Shown here in pieces: positions 30,952-32,000 of a stretch of DNA of 32,000 nucleotides. Numbering within the stretch: position 1 is the stretch's first letter; the number at the start of each line of letters is the position of its first letter. The notes under the pieces were generated by a model, which saw nothing but the letters and a program-made list of their open reading frames with translations, was not told where the DNA came from and did not search any database. The DNA comes from Erysipelotrichaceae bacterium OH741_COT-311 (GTDB lineage Bacteria; Bacillota_I; Bacilli_A; Erysipelotrichales; Erysipelotrichaceae): positions 30,001 to 62,000 of the forward strand of contig RQZE01000004.1 of the NCBI GenBank assembly GCA_003858585.1, given 5' to 3'. The position numbers were made by a program, and so were the translations under genes.

Positions 30952-32000
30952 TTATTTTTCATCCGGTAAAATAAGATTTAATAAAATCCCTACGGTTGCC
31001 GATAATGCAGTTCCAGATAGCGTAACAAAATTACCTAATGGTAATAATGCTCCACCTAAACCAATAACCAACATCGCACTTGCGATAATTAAATTCTTTT
31101 GCTTTGCAAAATCAATGTTATTATCAACCAATACACGTAATCCATTGGATGCGATAACTCCATACAACATAATACTCATACCACCTAATACACTCTTAGG
31201 AATGGTCGAAATGACAGCCGAAATCAACGGAATACAAGATAATACGATAGCGATACATGCTGCTCCAAACGTTACATACACAGAAGCAATTTTTGTTAAA
31301 CCAATAACTCCTGTATTTTCACCATACGTTGTATTGGCAGGTCCACCTAAAAATGCAGATACAGAAGTTGCAATACCATCTCCCATCAATGTTTTATTCA
31401 AACCGGGATCTTTTAAGAAATTCTTACCACATACCTTACCTAATACAGTATGATCTCCAATATGTTCAGCAATGGTTACTAACGCAACCGGTAAAATTGC
31501 CCATGTCTCAGGACCAAAATATAATCTATATTCTTTAAAAACACCGTTTGTACTAAATGGCAGAATAAAATCCGGTAAAGCTAGATAATGTTGAGATGCA
31601 ATGACAGTCTTAACAGGATCAAAATCTACAATCTTTAATACAACTGCAAACAAATAACCTAAGGCAATTCCACACAAGAAAGGAATGATTTTAAAGAATC
31701 CTTTTGCTTTTGTTGAGATAAAGGCTGTAACCAGAAACGTAAAGATAGCAACAAGCATGTGTTTCCAATCTCCACCTTCTACAAATCCAGCATTTCCTAC
31801 TGCAATCGAAGCTAAACCTAATCCAATTACTGCAATCATTGGACCAATCACAATTGGAGGCAATAAACGATCAATCCATCCCTTACCAATTGCATTTACA
31901 ATTAATGCAACCACAAAATAAATAATACCAACTAAAATTAAACCCGTTTGGGCAGCACCATATTCTCCACCCATAGCAGCAACTGCAATATTCACTGCAA
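30952..32000 (-). CDS. uraA: Uracil permease, NCS2 family; the 5' end of the gene runs off the right edge of the window
   Basis: GWIDRLLPPIVIGPMIAVIGLGLASIAV and YGENTGVIGLTKIASVYV align by eye with E. coli UraA (GWLDVLFPPAAMGAIVAVIGLELAGVAA; GENIGVMAITRVYSTWV). The ORF-track start 31995 is an in-frame GTG, and the frame stays open to base 32000. Confidence 0.85.
   Translation of the reverse strand, partial: AVNIAVAAMGGEYGAAQTGLILVGIIYFVVALIVNAIGKGWIDRLLPPIVIGPMIAVIGLGLASIAVGNAGFVEGGDWKHMLVAIFTFLVTAFISTKAKGFFKIIPFLCGIALGYLFAVVLKIVDFDPVKTVIASQHYLALPDFILPFSTNGVFKEYRLYFGPETWAILPVALVTIAEHIGDHTVLGKVCGKNFLKDPGLNKTLMGDGIATSVSAFLGGPANTTYGENTGVIGLTKIASVYVTFGAACIAIVLSCIPLISAVISTIPKSVLGGMSIMLYGVIASNGLRVLVDNNIDFAKQKNLIIASAMLVIGLGGALLPLGNFVTLSGTALSATVGILLNLILPDEK

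Noticed and set aside
30935-31453. 172-aa plus-strand ORF (MPVTEIYFSSGKIRFNKIPTVADNAVPD...) and the 69-aa and 78-aa plus-strand ORFs at 31329-31538 and 31685-31921
   Set aside because: They lie entirely antisense to a well-supported NCS2 uracil permease gene. The Pro/Asn/Ile-rich composition is what antisense translation of a membrane-protein gene gives. None has an SD or promoter.
1-32000. Possibility of a Mollicutes-type genetic code (UGA=Trp), given the very low GC and ribosomal gene content
   Set aside because: All long ORFs are intact under the standard code, and Trp positions are TGG. mtaB terminates at TGA (28073-28071) exactly where the homologous protein should end and where murE coupling begins.
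1-32000. Search for CRISPR arrays, IS or transposase ends, integrase or att sites, tRNA/rRNA genes, and toxin-antitoxin or restriction-type defence operons
   Set aside because: Intergenic regions are short (mostly under 120 nt) and are fully accounted for by promoters, leaders and terminators. I noticed no repeat-spacer periodicity, no long inverted terminal repeats and no cloverleaf-capable segment.

Overview
This is a low-GC Bacillota-type chromosomal segment. It uses the standard genetic code: TGA ends mtaB and Trp is TGG. Nearly all genes are housekeeping and on the minus strand. Left to right: nusA (partial) and rimP; rplT-rpmI-infC behind an L20-type attenuator leader, with infC starting at ATT; a DUF1846/UPF0371 gene (+); a tightly packed minus-strand operon truB-ribF-rsmF-like, a divergent RelA/SpoT-domain protein, asp23 and a CPBP protease; a PP-loop (TtcA-like) ATPase (+) and a radical SAM/twitch protein (+, probably leaderless); pepF; a reduced purine operon purE-purL(fused)-purM-purN-purH-purD behind a guanine-class purine riboswitch; phoH plus a small membrane protein; rpsU; then rsmE, a 247-aa orphan, mtaB, murE, deoC and a saccharopine-dehydrogenase-like gene; and a truncated uracil (NCS2) permease. 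I saw no rRNA, tRNA, CRISPR, IS, integrase or prophage signal, and no convincing multi-gene novel system, so the window reads as core genome. Four items are most worth a second look. (1) A 444-aa protein has a degenerate alarmone-synthetase (RelA/SpoT) domain fused to an unplaceable ~240-aa C-terminal domain. (2) A very AT-rich 247-aa orphan sits between rsmE and mtaB. (3) The pur leader is unusual: the only plausible promoter lies upstream of a 15-codon SD-preceded sORF whose stop codon abuts a terminator hairpin that runs straight into the riboswitch. (4) An SD-less radical SAM/twitch gene sits 6 nt downstream of a TATAAT box. Several ORF-track starts were moved to SD-supported downstream start codons.
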